From: Candidatus Uhrbacteria bacterium
GTDB taxonomy: Bacteria; Patescibacteriota; Patescibacteriia; UBA9934
Length of the DNA stretch: 64,000 nt
NCBI GenBank assembly: GCA_943359345.1
Contig: CALRHE010000002.1
Span: 705-64,704 of the forward strand
Reading direction: 5' to 3'
Shown piece by piece: positions 8,859 to 17,515 of the stretch. The translations under genes and the position numbers were made by a program. The notes under the pieces were generated by a model. It did not search any database. It saw only the letters and a program-made list of their open reading frames with translations, and was not told where the DNA came from. Numbering within the stretch: position 1 is the stretch's first letter; the number at the start of each line of letters is the position of its first letter.

Positions 8859-10144
8859 AGCTTGGGGAAATGCTTGAGGAGATCGGCCTCGGTTTTGTAA
8901 GGGCCGATGGCAGCAATCGACAAACGACGGAAGTTGATAATCTCCATAGCCACACGCTTGACGTCACTCAAGTTTACACGATTAAACTTCTCCAGACGCT
9001 GTTCTGGAGTTTCGACCTTGGCATTAAAGAGCTCTTGACGAGCAAAGAACTCTGCCAGGTTAGATGAATCCTCGAGCCTTAGGGTCGTGCCACCCTTGAC
9101 GTTGTCCTTGGCCATCTTAAGCTCGGCTGGCGTAATGCCGTGCTTGGCGATTTTTTTGAGCTCGTTCACAATCACCTTCATGGCCATGGTCAATCGAGTA
9201 GCGTCGAGACCGGCCCGGACCATAAACACGCCCGTGTCTTCGTAGAAATCGGCCGACGAACGCACGTTGTAACACAGGCCTCGCTTCTCACGCACCTCGA
9301 TAAATAAACGTGAGCTCATGGTACCGCCCAAGACACTCGCAAGTAACTTGAGCGCCTCAGCGTCTTTATGATCACGTCCAAAAGTTGGGAAGCCGAGAGC
9401 CACCTGGATTTGTTCGAGTTTTTTGTTCTGAATGCGTACACGTGGTTTGTCCCACTCGCCTGCAACAATAAACTGCACGCTCTCAGACACCATGGGACGA
9501 GCTTTGACGCTGCCGAAGGTTTTCTCGAGAGTACCCATGATGCCCTGAGGCACATTACCAGCTACGACCACCACCATATTCTCTGGTACGTAATGGGCGT
9601 CGCGATAAGCCAAAACATCGTTGCGCTTCATGTTGATCATCGACTTGGATGTACCTGCGATGTTACGGCCGAGAATATGTTTATCAAAAATGGCTTCCTC
9701 GAGCATGTCCTCAAGATGCATGATGGGGTTTTCCTCGTACATCTTGATCTCTTCGATGATAACTTTCTTTTCGCGCGTCATCTCAGCTGCCTCGAATTTG
9801 GAGCTGAAGAGCATGTCGTGCAACAAATCAACCGCCACCGGAATTTGCTCGGTAGCAATCTTCACCCAATAACCAGTCAGATCTTTACCGGTATAGGCGT
9901 TATACTCGGCACCGTAACGGTCGAGCTCCTTTGAAATGTCAATCGTTTCCGGTCGCTTTTTGGTGCCTTTGAACATCAAGTGCTCAATGAAGTGAGACCC
10001 ACCCCAAACTTTAAGCGGCTCGTTGCGCGAACCAACCTTAAACAAAACCAGCAAAGTGGCGGCCTGCGTACCTTCGAGCGGAACAATGTGAACACGGGTA
10101 CCGTTTTTGAGTTTGTGAACTTTCGACATAGCCATTACTTTCAA
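8855..10144 (-). CDS. M16-family (insulinase-like) zinc peptidase
   Basis: HFIEHLMFKGT inverted zinc-binding HxxEH motif; size and fold consistent with M16. Confidence 0.8.
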   Translation of the reverse strand: MKVMAMSKVHKLKNGTRVHIVPLEGTQAATLLVLFKVGSRNEPLKVWGGSHFIEHLMFKGTKKRPETIDISKELDRYGAEYNAYTGKDLTGYWVKIATEQIPVAVDLLHDMLFSSKFEAAEMTREKKVIIEEIKMYEENPIMHLEDMLEEAIFDKHILGRNIAGTSKSMINMKRNDVLAYRDAHYVPENMVVVVAGNVPQGIMGTLEKTFGSVKARPMVSESVQFIVAGEWDKPRVRIQNKKLEQIQVALGFPTFGRDHKDAEALKLLASVLGGTMSSRLFIEVREKRGLCYNVRSSADFYEDTGVFMVRAGLDATRLTMAMKVIVNELKKIAKHGITPAELKMAKDNVKGGTTLRLEDSSNLAEFFARQELFNAKVETPEQRLEKFNRVNLSDVKRVAMEIINFRRLSIAAIGPYKTEADLLKHFPKL

Positions 10145-10189
10145 GAATCACACTGGCAGATTTTAGACGATCGCCTGTTTTCTGCCAAA

Positions 10190-11497
10190 CTAACAACCGA
10201 GCTGTTTCGACAAGTAGTCCTCGAGCTCCGCTAGAGGGACTCGTGCCTGCTTCATCGAATCTCGCTCACGCACCGTCACGGCTTTGTCCTCAAGCGTCTC
10301 AAAGTCGACCGTCACGCAGAACGGTGTACCAATTTCATCTTGCCGGCGATAGCGCTTACCAATCGATTGTGTTTCGTCATAATCAGTGCGCCAGCGCTTA
10401 GCAAGTTGCTTAGCCAAAGGCTCGGCGACGCTTGAAAGCTCGTCTTTCTTTGAAAGCGGGAGGACCGCGAGCTTGATGGGAGCCAAATGCTTGGGCAAGC
10501 GCAAGACTACACGTGTTTCACCTTCAACTTCTTCTTCGTGGTAGGCGGACAGCAAAGTCACAAGCAACGTACGATCAACGCCAAACGCTGGTTCAACAAC
10601 GTGAGGAACGTATTTCTCCTTAGTCTCAGGATCGGTATAGTCTAACTTTTCTCCGGACTTTTCTGCATGTTTCATCAGGTCAAAATCCGTCCGATAGGCC
10701 AGGCCGTACAATTCCTTACGACCAAACGGGTAATCGAATTCGATGTCAACCGTACGCTTTGAATAGTGAGCCCGATCTTCAGGCGACACTTCAAGTTCGT
10801 GAATCTTTGACTTATCGAAACCGCATTCCTCCATCCATTCATGCATTTGCTTGAGCCAGTACTCAAAATGCTTTTCCCATTCGCTAGGATGCACGAAATA
10901 TTCGAACTCCATGAGATCAAACTCTCGTTGTCGGAAGATAAAATTTCCTGGCGTAATCTCATTGCGGAAGACTCGACCGCACTGAGCGATACCAAACGGG
11001 ATACGCTTACGTGACGTCAGAAGAACATGATTAAAATCAACGAACATGGCTTGAGCTGTTTCGGGTCGTAAATAGACCTCTGCAGAGGCATCTTGCTTAG
11101 GCCCTAGCCAGGTACGCAGCATCATATTAAAAGCTGCCGGCTCCGTGAATGTGCCCTTATTGCCACATTTCTGACAGGATTTGGAGAGATCGATTTGATC
11201 AGCACGATAGCGTTCATGGCATTGCTTACACTCAACCAGAGGATCACTAAAGGTGGCGATGTGGCCAGATGCCTCCCAAACTTTCGGGTTCATGATCAGG
11301 GCAGCATCAATACCGACCATATCAAGGCGAGAGGTCACAAACTTCTTCCACCAAGCCTGTTTGATATTATTCTTAAGCTCAACACCAAGCGGACCGTAAT
11401 CCCAGCTGTTAGCCAGACCTCCATAAATATCCGAACCGGGAAAAATAAATCCCCGGGTCTTACACAGCGTGACAATCTTATCCATTGAAACATCCAT
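10190..11497 (-). CDS. glyQS: glycine--tRNA ligase, dimeric class II type
   Basis: N-terminal ...CKTRGFIFPGSDIYGGLANSWDYGPLG... and overall length match alpha2 GlyRS. Confidence 0.9.
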   Translation of the reverse strand: MDVSMDKIVTLCKTRGFIFPGSDIYGGLANSWDYGPLGVELKNNIKQAWWKKFVTSRLDMVGIDAALIMNPKVWEASGHIATFSDPLVECKQCHERYRADQIDLSKSCQKCGNKGTFTEPAAFNMMLRTWLGPKQDASAEVYLRPETAQAMFVDFNHVLLTSRKRIPFGIAQCGRVFRNEITPGNFIFRQREFDLMEFEYFVHPSEWEKHFEYWLKQMHEWMEECGFDKSKIHELEVSPEDRAHYSKRTVDIEFDYPFGRKELYGLAYRTDFDLMKHAEKSGEKLDYTDPETKEKYVPHVVEPAFGVDRTLLVTLLSAYHEEEVEGETRVVLRLPKHLAPIKLAVLPLSKKDELSSVAEPLAKQLAKRWRTDYDETQSIGKRYRRQDEIGTPFCVTVDFETLEDKAVTVRERDSMKQARVPLAELEDYLSKQLGC

Positions 11498-11500
11498 AGT

Positions 11501-12043
11501 CTAAACAGTCATGATGTCTTTTTCTTTCTTGTCGCCGGTGTCTTCGATCTTGGCTACGTAATCTTTGACGGTCTTGTCGAGCAGCTCAAGGTCACGGCGA
11601 ATATCATCTTGGCCAACGCCGGTTTGTTTTTCTGTTTGTTTTTTGACGTCTTCACGAATTTTACGAATTTGCACGCGCGCATCTTCAAGCTTCTCACTCA
11701 TGACTTTGACCATTTTCTTGCGATTCTCCTCGGTCATCATGGGCATGATGAGACGGATAATCTTGCCATCAACCACTGGTGACACACCTATGCCAGAGGC
11801 CACAATGGCTGACTCGATGGCTTTCACAACTGAAGAGTCCCAAGGCTCAATCACTAGCGTGCGGGCGTCTGGAGTCGACATTGAGCCCAAGGCCTTAACA
11901 GGCTGGGCCGTGCCATAAGCCTCAACCATCAGATCTTCAACCAAAGCTGGGCTGGCGCGTCCGGTGCGGAGCGTACCAAGCTCGTGTGTGAGGTGCTCAA
12001 GGACTTTATCAAAGTCCGGTTTATACTCGTTAATTGTGGCCAT
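11501..12043 (-). CDS. frr: ribosome recycling factor
   Basis: ...LGTLRTGRASPALVEDLMVEAYG...LVIEPWD... canonical RRF blocks. Confidence 0.9.
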   Translation of the reverse strand: MATINEYKPDFDKVLEHLTHELGTLRTGRASPALVEDLMVEAYGTAQPVKALGSMSTPDARTLVIEPWDSSVVKAIESAIVASGIGVSPVVDGKIIRLIMPMMTEENRKKMVKVMSEKLEDARVQIRKIREDVKKQTEKQTGVGQDDIRRDLELLDKTVKDYVAKIEDTGDKKEKDIMTV

Positions 12044-12071
12044 AGTGGCTATACGCTATCCTGCTGGCCTA

Positions 12072-13130
12072 CTAGTCGTCAATTGTTACGCCACCTAAAT
12101 AAATACGCTCGGGGTTACTCTCATCAACATGAATTACAGAGGCAGCCCTGGTGGTGGGCAAAGTAGCCGTGCTCCAGGCATCGCCCCCGGAGGTAGAGGT
12201 GTAGAAGGTCGCGCCGCTAGCGTAATAAAACAGCTCTTTGTTTTGGGGAGAAATTTCAGCTGCTGAGATGCCGTCACCGCTAGCGCTCACAAGGGATATA
12301 CCTTGCCAGCTGGCAGCTTGATCGTCAGATATAGCCAAACCATAACCACTATGCATGAGTACGCGTGCGCCGTCGTCGGTTTGTGAGAAGCCTAAAACTT
12401 TGTGAGAATTTTTCAATTCGGACATGGAGTCTTTCAAGCTAACCCAAACTGCACCGCCGTCAACCGAACGGAACACCCCGCCTGACAAAGTGCCAGCAAT
12501 CACAATCCGACTGTCGGAATTACTCACCAGAATGTCCACCACGGCGTTGCGATGTCTGGCCACAGCTGTCCAGGTAGCGCCGCCATCAAGTGAGCGCAAA
12601 ACATCACCTTCGGTGTTGCCCAGATACAAGGTCTCGGGGTTGTACCAATCAAGAGCTAAAGCGGTCAGAGCTTCGTCAGTACGTGTTTCCACGTAAGTGT
12701 CAGTATCGAACTCACGGCCACAAGTCGTAGTTTTGAGCAACCGATCAGCCTTCAATAAATAATATGTACACACGTTGCGTGGATCAACTTCAATAGCTAA
12801 CACGGAACCACTGGCTGCTAATTGCGCTTCCGGTCTCATCCATGACTCACCCTGATCATAAGTGTAGAATAAACCACTGGTCTTTGAACCCAGATACAGC
12901 ACCGTGTCATCAGATGGATCTTGTTCCAAGGCCAAAACATCTAGGCCGTTGATGCTGCCCGTACCGCTTGATAACGGCAGGGCGTTTTTTGGTGTCCAAC
13001 TAGCCCCCTGATTGTCAGAAACCCAGATTCCACCGCTAGCCGCGGTAGTGGTACTATCGCCACCAAGGCAACCAGCACCAGCTAGTAAAAATAAGGTCAG
13101 AGCCACAAATGTTGAGCGAAATTTTGTCAT
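12072..13130 (-). CDS. BNR/Asp-box repeat beta-propeller lipoprotein (Ycf48/sialidase-like fold)
   Basis: Lipobox LLAGAGC; repeated SxDxGxTW-like motifs (SDNQGASW, DQGESW, DGGATW, DGGAVW, DDQAASW, SGGDAW). Confidence 0.5.
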   Translation of the reverse strand: MTKFRSTFVALTLFLLAGAGCLGGDSTTTAASGGIWVSDNQGASWTPKNALPLSSGTGSINGLDVLALEQDPSDDTVLYLGSKTSGLFYTYDQGESWMRPEAQLAASGSVLAIEVDPRNVCTYYLLKADRLLKTTTCGREFDTDTYVETRTDEALTALALDWYNPETLYLGNTEGDVLRSLDGGATWTAVARHRNAVVDILVSNSDSRIVIAGTLSGGVFRSVDGGAVWVSLKDSMSELKNSHKVLGFSQTDDGARVLMHSGYGLAISDDQAASWQGISLVSASGDGISAAEISPQNKELFYYASGATFYTSTSGGDAWSTATLPTTRAASVIHVDESNPERIYLGGVTIDD

Positions 13131-13148
13131 AAACTTAATGAATAGATT

Positions 13149-14096
13149 TTAGGGTAGAGCCAGGGAGATCCGCTCCAGGGCCAGGGCCGGGTTGCCATTA
13201 TCGCGCAAGGCTTCACGAGCGTCGAGTAAGGCTGAAAGCCCAGCTGCAAAGGCCTGATGCTTGACCTGATCTTGGTGGAGCTTGGTATGCAGGGCACCGC
13301 ACAAGTCTAGTAACCAAGCCTGACGACCGTCAGCGCTTTTGGCGTCGTCACCTTTCACAAGTGTGGTGATTAGCTTGATTCGCTCGTACCTAGGTGCGGC
13401 GATAAACTTGTCTATAGCCGCTGACTGCTGACGTGCCTGCATGAGTGCGTCAGCGTCGGCCAAGCCAAGAGCGATACCGGGTAAACCCACCGAACGACGA
13501 GCAGCTTCTTCAGCAACTTTTTCAGTATAGCCACGGGCCACGAGCTGCTCCACAATCTGCCGTGTGGGTACGCGTGACAAGGTCACAGGCACACTACGTG
13601 ACAGAATAGTACGCAACAAACGAGCACGATCTTCAGCCAGCAAAATTAAGACGGCGCTGCCAGCAGGTTCTTCAAGCGTTTTCAGAAGTGCGTTCTGAGC
13701 CTGCACCGTCATGCAGTCTGCGTCTTCGATAATTACAATCTTGCGCTTACCTACAGCTGACAAAGCCAGACGGTCACAAGCCAGGCGAACTAGTTCAAGC
13801 GGGATGTGCCGTTTTTTCTCATTAGTTTTTTCGTCTACTGGTCGGGCCAAAAAAATCACATCCGGATGAACCCCTAAACGCTTAGGCTCAACCTCCAATA
13901 AAGCCGCCACGAAACTCTGGGCCAGGGCCATTTTGCCAACACCCTGGGGCCCCAAAAGCACATAAGCATGAGCCGCCGTATCCTGCTCTAAAACACGCTT
14001 AAAATAAGCCGTTTGTAGCTCATGGCCAATCAAATCCTCAAATGCCATATCGCTTATAAGTATAACACATAAATTACCCCTTAACCCCATCAACAC
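13149..14096 (-). CDS. holB: DNA polymerase III subunit delta-prime
   Basis: Walker A-like LLGPQGVGK, then ...IIEDADCMTVQAQNALLKTLEEP...; the Met at 14047 is a possible alternative start. Confidence 0.75.
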   Translation of the reverse strand: MLMGLRGNLCVILISDMAFEDLIGHELQTAYFKRVLEQDTAAHAYVLLGPQGVGKMALAQSFVAALLEVEPKRLGVHPDVIFLARPVDEKTNEKKRHIPLELVRLACDRLALSAVGKRKIVIIEDADCMTVQAQNALLKTLEEPAGSAVLILLAEDRARLLRTILSRSVPVTLSRVPTRQIVEQLVARGYTEKVAEEAARRSVGLPGIALGLADADALMQARQQSAAIDKFIAAPRYERIKLITTLVKGDDAKSADGRQAWLLDLCGALHTKLHQDQVKHQAFAAGLSALLDAREALRDNGNPALALERISLALP

Positions 14097-14144
14097 CCTT
14101 AACTACTTTATCACTAATATTAGCCCTAAAACAACTCTTTTCCC

Positions 14145-14173
14145 TTGACAAAAGTCAATTTTTATGCTATCTT
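14145..14173 (+). promoter_or_regulatory. sigma70-type promoter with extended -10 (TTGACA-N17-TGC-TATCTT)
   Basis: Near-consensus -35 TTGACA, 17-nt spacer, TGn extended -10 and TATCTT. The same architecture recurs at 39114, 49152 and 62534. Confidence 0.45.
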
Positions 14174-14180
14174 ATCCGGT

Positions 14181-14412
14181 TGCTTAAAAATCTATCAATC
14201 TAATAGGACGGTTTCATTTGAGGCTGTCCAATTGCTCCCAATATTCGGGGAGGAGAGATGGTCGGACGGGATTGGCAACACCAGTCCCCCGATCGGTGTG
14301 GGGGTACCGGACTTGGCTCCGGCTGACTCTTGGCACCGCGCCGCATCACGACCCATATCAACTTCGGCTGATCACTGAGTCCCTTCTTTCCGAAATCTTG
14401 TGAGGAATTGTT
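14181..14412 (+). ncRNA. candidate small structured RNA of unknown class, transcribed from the 14145 promoter
   Basis: Non-coding 230-nt interval between holB and a convergent TrmB-like gene. It begins GGGGAGGAGAGATGGTCGGACGGGATTGGC, followed by an H-type pseudoknot-like ACACC..CCCCC..GGTGT..GGGGG arrangement and the hairpin CCGGACTTGGCTCCGG. The only ORFs are short and low-complexity. Confidence 0.25.
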
Positions 14413-15189
14413 TTACTCCCCCACCTTCAGCTGCTTTTGTATTTCTCCGGCCTGTTGCCAAGCCAGTTCAAGCGTGGCTCGACAGGTATCGGCAATCGCT
14501 GGCGAAATGATTTCTATAGCGACGACGTTGTGTGTGTACGCGAACAATAACACATGGTCTTCACACACAGTCATTTCACCCCGCACATCCATCAGCGCTT
14601 TGGGTACCCGACGGACTATAAAATCAGAACCCCTAGGCGGATCAATCGGGAGGTCAGTCACAAGAATGGCGCGGCCACAAGACTGTTTTTGCTGCAACCG
14701 CTCAGTATTTTCCTGAACCAAAGTTTCTCTGTGCAGCTCTAGAAAAGCGTCGTAACCAACCAACTGCAAGATGGGTTTATTTAGCTCAGCATATTCTGCA
14801 TGAATAGCATGCAGCTCTTTGGCGTCGTTAATTATCCGAAAACGTGGTTTGAGCTGGCCATCACCTGCCAGAGCTTCGAGTTGTGGCAGAAATAGTTCAG
14901 CCCTGCGACGACGGGCATGCACCTCTTCAAGCTGTAACGCTAAGAGCTTGTTAATCTGGTTGGGCGGCTCGGTGATGAAAGTTTGTTGCTCAGTGTCTTC
15001 GATCAATCTCACCAGACCTTGTGAAATCAACTGACCCAAAGTGTCATAGCAAGAAGCTCGAGGCAAGCCAGTGGCCAAGGCCAACTGCTGAGCCCCGCTT
15101 TTTCCAAACCTAAGTAAAGTCACGTAAACACAAGCTTGGCGCTCAGTAAAACCTAACTGCTCAAGTTCAAACTGAAGATCGCCTTGCAT
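14413..15189 (-). CDS. TrmB-family HTH transcriptional regulator
   Basis: N-terminal ...LGFTERQACVYVTLLRFGKSGAQQLALATGLPRASCYDTLGQLISQGLV... is typical of the TrmB wHTH. Confidence 0.6.
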   Translation of the reverse strand: MQGDLQFELEQLGFTERQACVYVTLLRFGKSGAQQLALATGLPRASCYDTLGQLISQGLVRLIEDTEQQTFITEPPNQINKLLALQLEEVHARRRRAELFLPQLEALAGDGQLKPRFRIINDAKELHAIHAEYAELNKPILQLVGYDAFLELHRETLVQENTERLQQKQSCGRAILVTDLPIDPPRGSDFIVRRVPKALMDVRGEMTVCEDHVLLFAYTHNVVAIEIISPAIADTCRATLELAWQQAGEIQKQLKVGE

Positions 15190-15193
15190 AAGT

Positions 15194-16324
15194 TTATTCG
15201 TGCGCGGTGGCTCGTAAAGCCTGCCAAGTTGCCTCGGCCGTCTGAATCCAAGAAAAAGCTTTAACTCGTTCTTTACCTTTAACGCTTAGCTCTTCACGAC
15301 GTTTTTGATCAATCAGCATGGTATCAAGTGCCACCGTCCATTTGGCCACATCCAGCGCTGGCACAAACACAGCGGCTTCATGAGCGATTTCACGCATGAC
15401 TGGGAGGTCGCTTGTAACCACTGGAATACCAGCTGTCATGGCTTCAAGTATGGGGATACCAAAACCCTCACCAAGTGAAGGAAAGGCAAAGCACAAAGCG
15501 TTGGCCATCAACTCCGGGACATCCTCGTCAGGCACATAACCCAAGAACAAAATATCGTTGGTACAGTTAGAGGCCTTGGCCAGATTCAGAGCGGCTTCAG
15601 CGCCAAAACCATAGCTGCCAGCTAACACCAATTTAAGCGGATGACCAACGCCGTAACGACGGCGTAGCTCAATAAAGGCCTTGATCAAAGTAATCGGGTT
15701 TTTCTTGGTTTCAACACGACCTACAAATAAGACGTACATACCCGGAGTCAGGGCATATTTACCCATAACTGCCTGGGCAGTCGCAGGCGGTCCAAGGCTG
15801 CTACCCGGAGCCAGATGTGTGACCACTAAACGCTCAGCTGGAACTTTATAAATGTCGATGAGATCTTTTTTTGTAGATTCAGACACGGTCACAATCCTAG
15901 CCGCTCGTTTTGCAATACTTTTAATCGCCCACTCTTGGCGGCGCAAGCTAGCAGTCGAATAGGCGCCCGGCACGTGTCTAAAAATCACATCGTGTACGGT
16001 AGTCATAACTTTGGCGCGACCGTGACAGAGTGGAATCTCGTGGGCCGGATTAAAGAACACATCAGGTGGATGCCGCAGCAGTTCGTAACTCAAACGTATG
16101 TGTGTCCAGCCGCGCGGCAACCAAAAATCTAACTCTTTCCAAACCCAACCAACTGGTAAAACTAGCTGGGCTGGTTTAGCTTGAGGGGCATATAAAATCA
16201 CTCGCTCAGACTCGGGCGCGAGTGGCAATGTCATCATGGCCGACAAAAGTTGGGTAACATACCGTTCCACACCGGTTGGAGTCGGCTTGATCAAGGCAGT
16301 GCCATCGATTCCGTATGTAATCAT
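15194..16324 (-). CDS. GT4-family (group 1) glycosyltransferase
   Basis: C-terminal ...LFVGRVETKKNPITLIKAF...LVLAGS... with an EX7E-like region. The start is more likely the Met at 16324 (MITYGIDG) than the ORF-track start at 16369. Confidence 0.7.
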   Translation of the reverse strand: MITYGIDGTALIKPTPTGVERYVTQLLSAMMTLPLAPESERVILYAPQAKPAQLVLPVGWVWKELDFWLPRGWTHIRLSYELLRHPPDVFFNPAHEIPLCHGRAKVMTTVHDVIFRHVPGAYSTASLRRQEWAIKSIAKRAARIVTVSESTKKDLIDIYKVPAERLVVTHLAPGSSLGPPATAQAVMGKYALTPGMYVLFVGRVETKKNPITLIKAFIELRRRYGVGHPLKLVLAGSYGFGAEAALNLAKASNCTNDILFLGYVPDEDVPELMANALCFAFPSLGEGFGIPILEAMTAGIPVVTSDLPVMREIAHEAAVFVPALDVAKWTVALDTMLIDQKRREELSVKGKERVKAFSWIQTAEATWQALRATAHE

Positions 16325-16340
16325 AGAGTGATACGGATTA

Positions 16341-16452
16341 GTCATTACAAAATTAGATATTAGCAGCAATTAGAGAATAGAAATTAGACTGAAACGGAGC
16401 GGTTCTAAGTACTCTTTTCTATTCTCTGCTAATTCCTAATTTTGTAATGACT
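16341..16452. repeat. long imperfect palindrome (about 40-bp arms, 33-bp centre) filling the mreB-GT4 intergenic region
   Basis: Left arm GTCATTACAAAATTAGATATTAGCAGCAATTAGAGAATAGAAA versus the reverse complement of the right arm GTCATTACAAAATTAGGAATTAGCAGAGAATAGAAA; the inner 12 bp AGAGAATAGAAA/TTTCTATTCTCT is perfect. Confidence 0.5.
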
Positions 16453-16456
16453 ACTC

Positions 16457-17467
16457 CTAATTACTAAACAAACTCCGCTTGTAGGCTTCAAGATTCTCAA
16501 GCGCGAGCCCAGTACCGCGGGCTACGCATAACTGCGGGTCTTCGGCCATGTAGGTTGGCACGCTGGTAGCTTCGGCTATCAAACGATCAAAATTTCGCAA
16601 CTGACTCGAACCGCCAGAGATCACAATGCCTTTGTCCATGACGTCAGCTGAAAGTTCTGGTGGCGTTTGATTCAAAACATCCTTGAGCGCCGCCAGTATA
16701 CCCTCAAGCAGAGGCTGGATAGCCTCAGTTACGTCATCGCTCGTGACCTCGATGATTTTGGGGAGACCCGTGATCATGTCGCGACCCTTAACGTCCATCC
16801 TGAGCTTGTCAGTGAGGTACATAGCTGAACCGCACTTGATCTTAATGTCTTCAGCTGTACGTTCTCCGATGGCCAAATTATACGTACGGCGTATAAACTC
16901 CATAATCGCATGATCCATTTTGACGCCACCAATCCGAACCGAGGTCGAGGCCACAATGCCACCAAGCGAAATGACCGCCATCTCGCTTGTGCCACCACCA
17001 ATCTCTACGATCATATGACCGTTCGGACTACCAATCGGAATATTGGCACCTATGGCCGCCACGATCGGTTGCTTAATAATATAAGCAGCCTTAGCACCAG
17101 CTGAGAGAGCAGCGTCGATTACAGCCCGTCGTTCAGTTGAGGTAATCCCGCCCGGTACTGCAATCATGACTTCTGGTCGAAAAATACGTACGCCTCCCAA
17201 AGCTTTATTAATAAAATAACGCAGCATCGCCTCTGTGGTTCGGTAGTCAGCAATAACCCCATCCTTCAAAGGTCGGCGCGCCACGATGGTGTCCGGCGTA
17301 CGCCCAAGCATGTCCTTGGCCTCTTTGCCAACAGCTAAAACAGTCTTATCCAATTTAGATATAGCCACCACCGACGGCTCATTAATAATAATGCCCCGCT
17401 TTGGGACATACACCAAGACTGTAGTGGTACCTAGATCGATACCGATTTTTTTGCTGAACATAAGCAA
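16457..17467 (-). CDS. mreB: rod-shape determining actin homolog MreB
   Basis: ...IGIDLGTTTVLVYV...EPSVVAI... and actin-fold blocks throughout. Confidence 0.9.
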   Translation of the reverse strand: MLMFSKKIGIDLGTTTVLVYVPKRGIIINEPSVVAISKLDKTVLAVGKEAKDMLGRTPDTIVARRPLKDGVIADYRTTEAMLRYFINKALGGVRIFRPEVMIAVPGGITSTERRAVIDAALSAGAKAAYIIKQPIVAAIGANIPIGSPNGHMIVEIGGGTSEMAVISLGGIVASTSVRIGGVKMDHAIMEFIRRTYNLAIGERTAEDIKIKCGSAMYLTDKLRMDVKGRDMITGLPKIIEVTSDDVTEAIQPLLEGILAALKDVLNQTPPELSADVMDKGIVISGGSSQLRNFDRLIAEATSVPTYMAEDPQLCVARGTGLALENLEAYKRSLFSN

Positions 17468-17515
17468 CAGGAAGATTAGACAGTATACGATTCACGACCG
17501 TCTACGGTCTACTGT

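Noticed and set aside
9368-9934. Antisense ORFs inside well-supported CDSs (for example 1338..1843, 9316..9934, 10675..11488, 11565..11918, 16683..17104, 25354..26052, 57293..57980, 62881..63421)
   Set aside because: Each lies opposite a gene with strong homology-based support, and none shows recognisable motifs or independent start signals.
14181-14412. Possible tmRNA (ssrA), suggested by the tmRNA-like 5' end GGGGAGGAGAGATGGTCGGACGGG
   Set aside because: The interval is only about 230 nt before a convergent CDS. No T-arm (GGTTCGAnTCC) or complementary 3' acceptor strand was found, and no tag reading frame ending in an ALAA-like peptide. It is kept only as an unclassified sRNA candidate.
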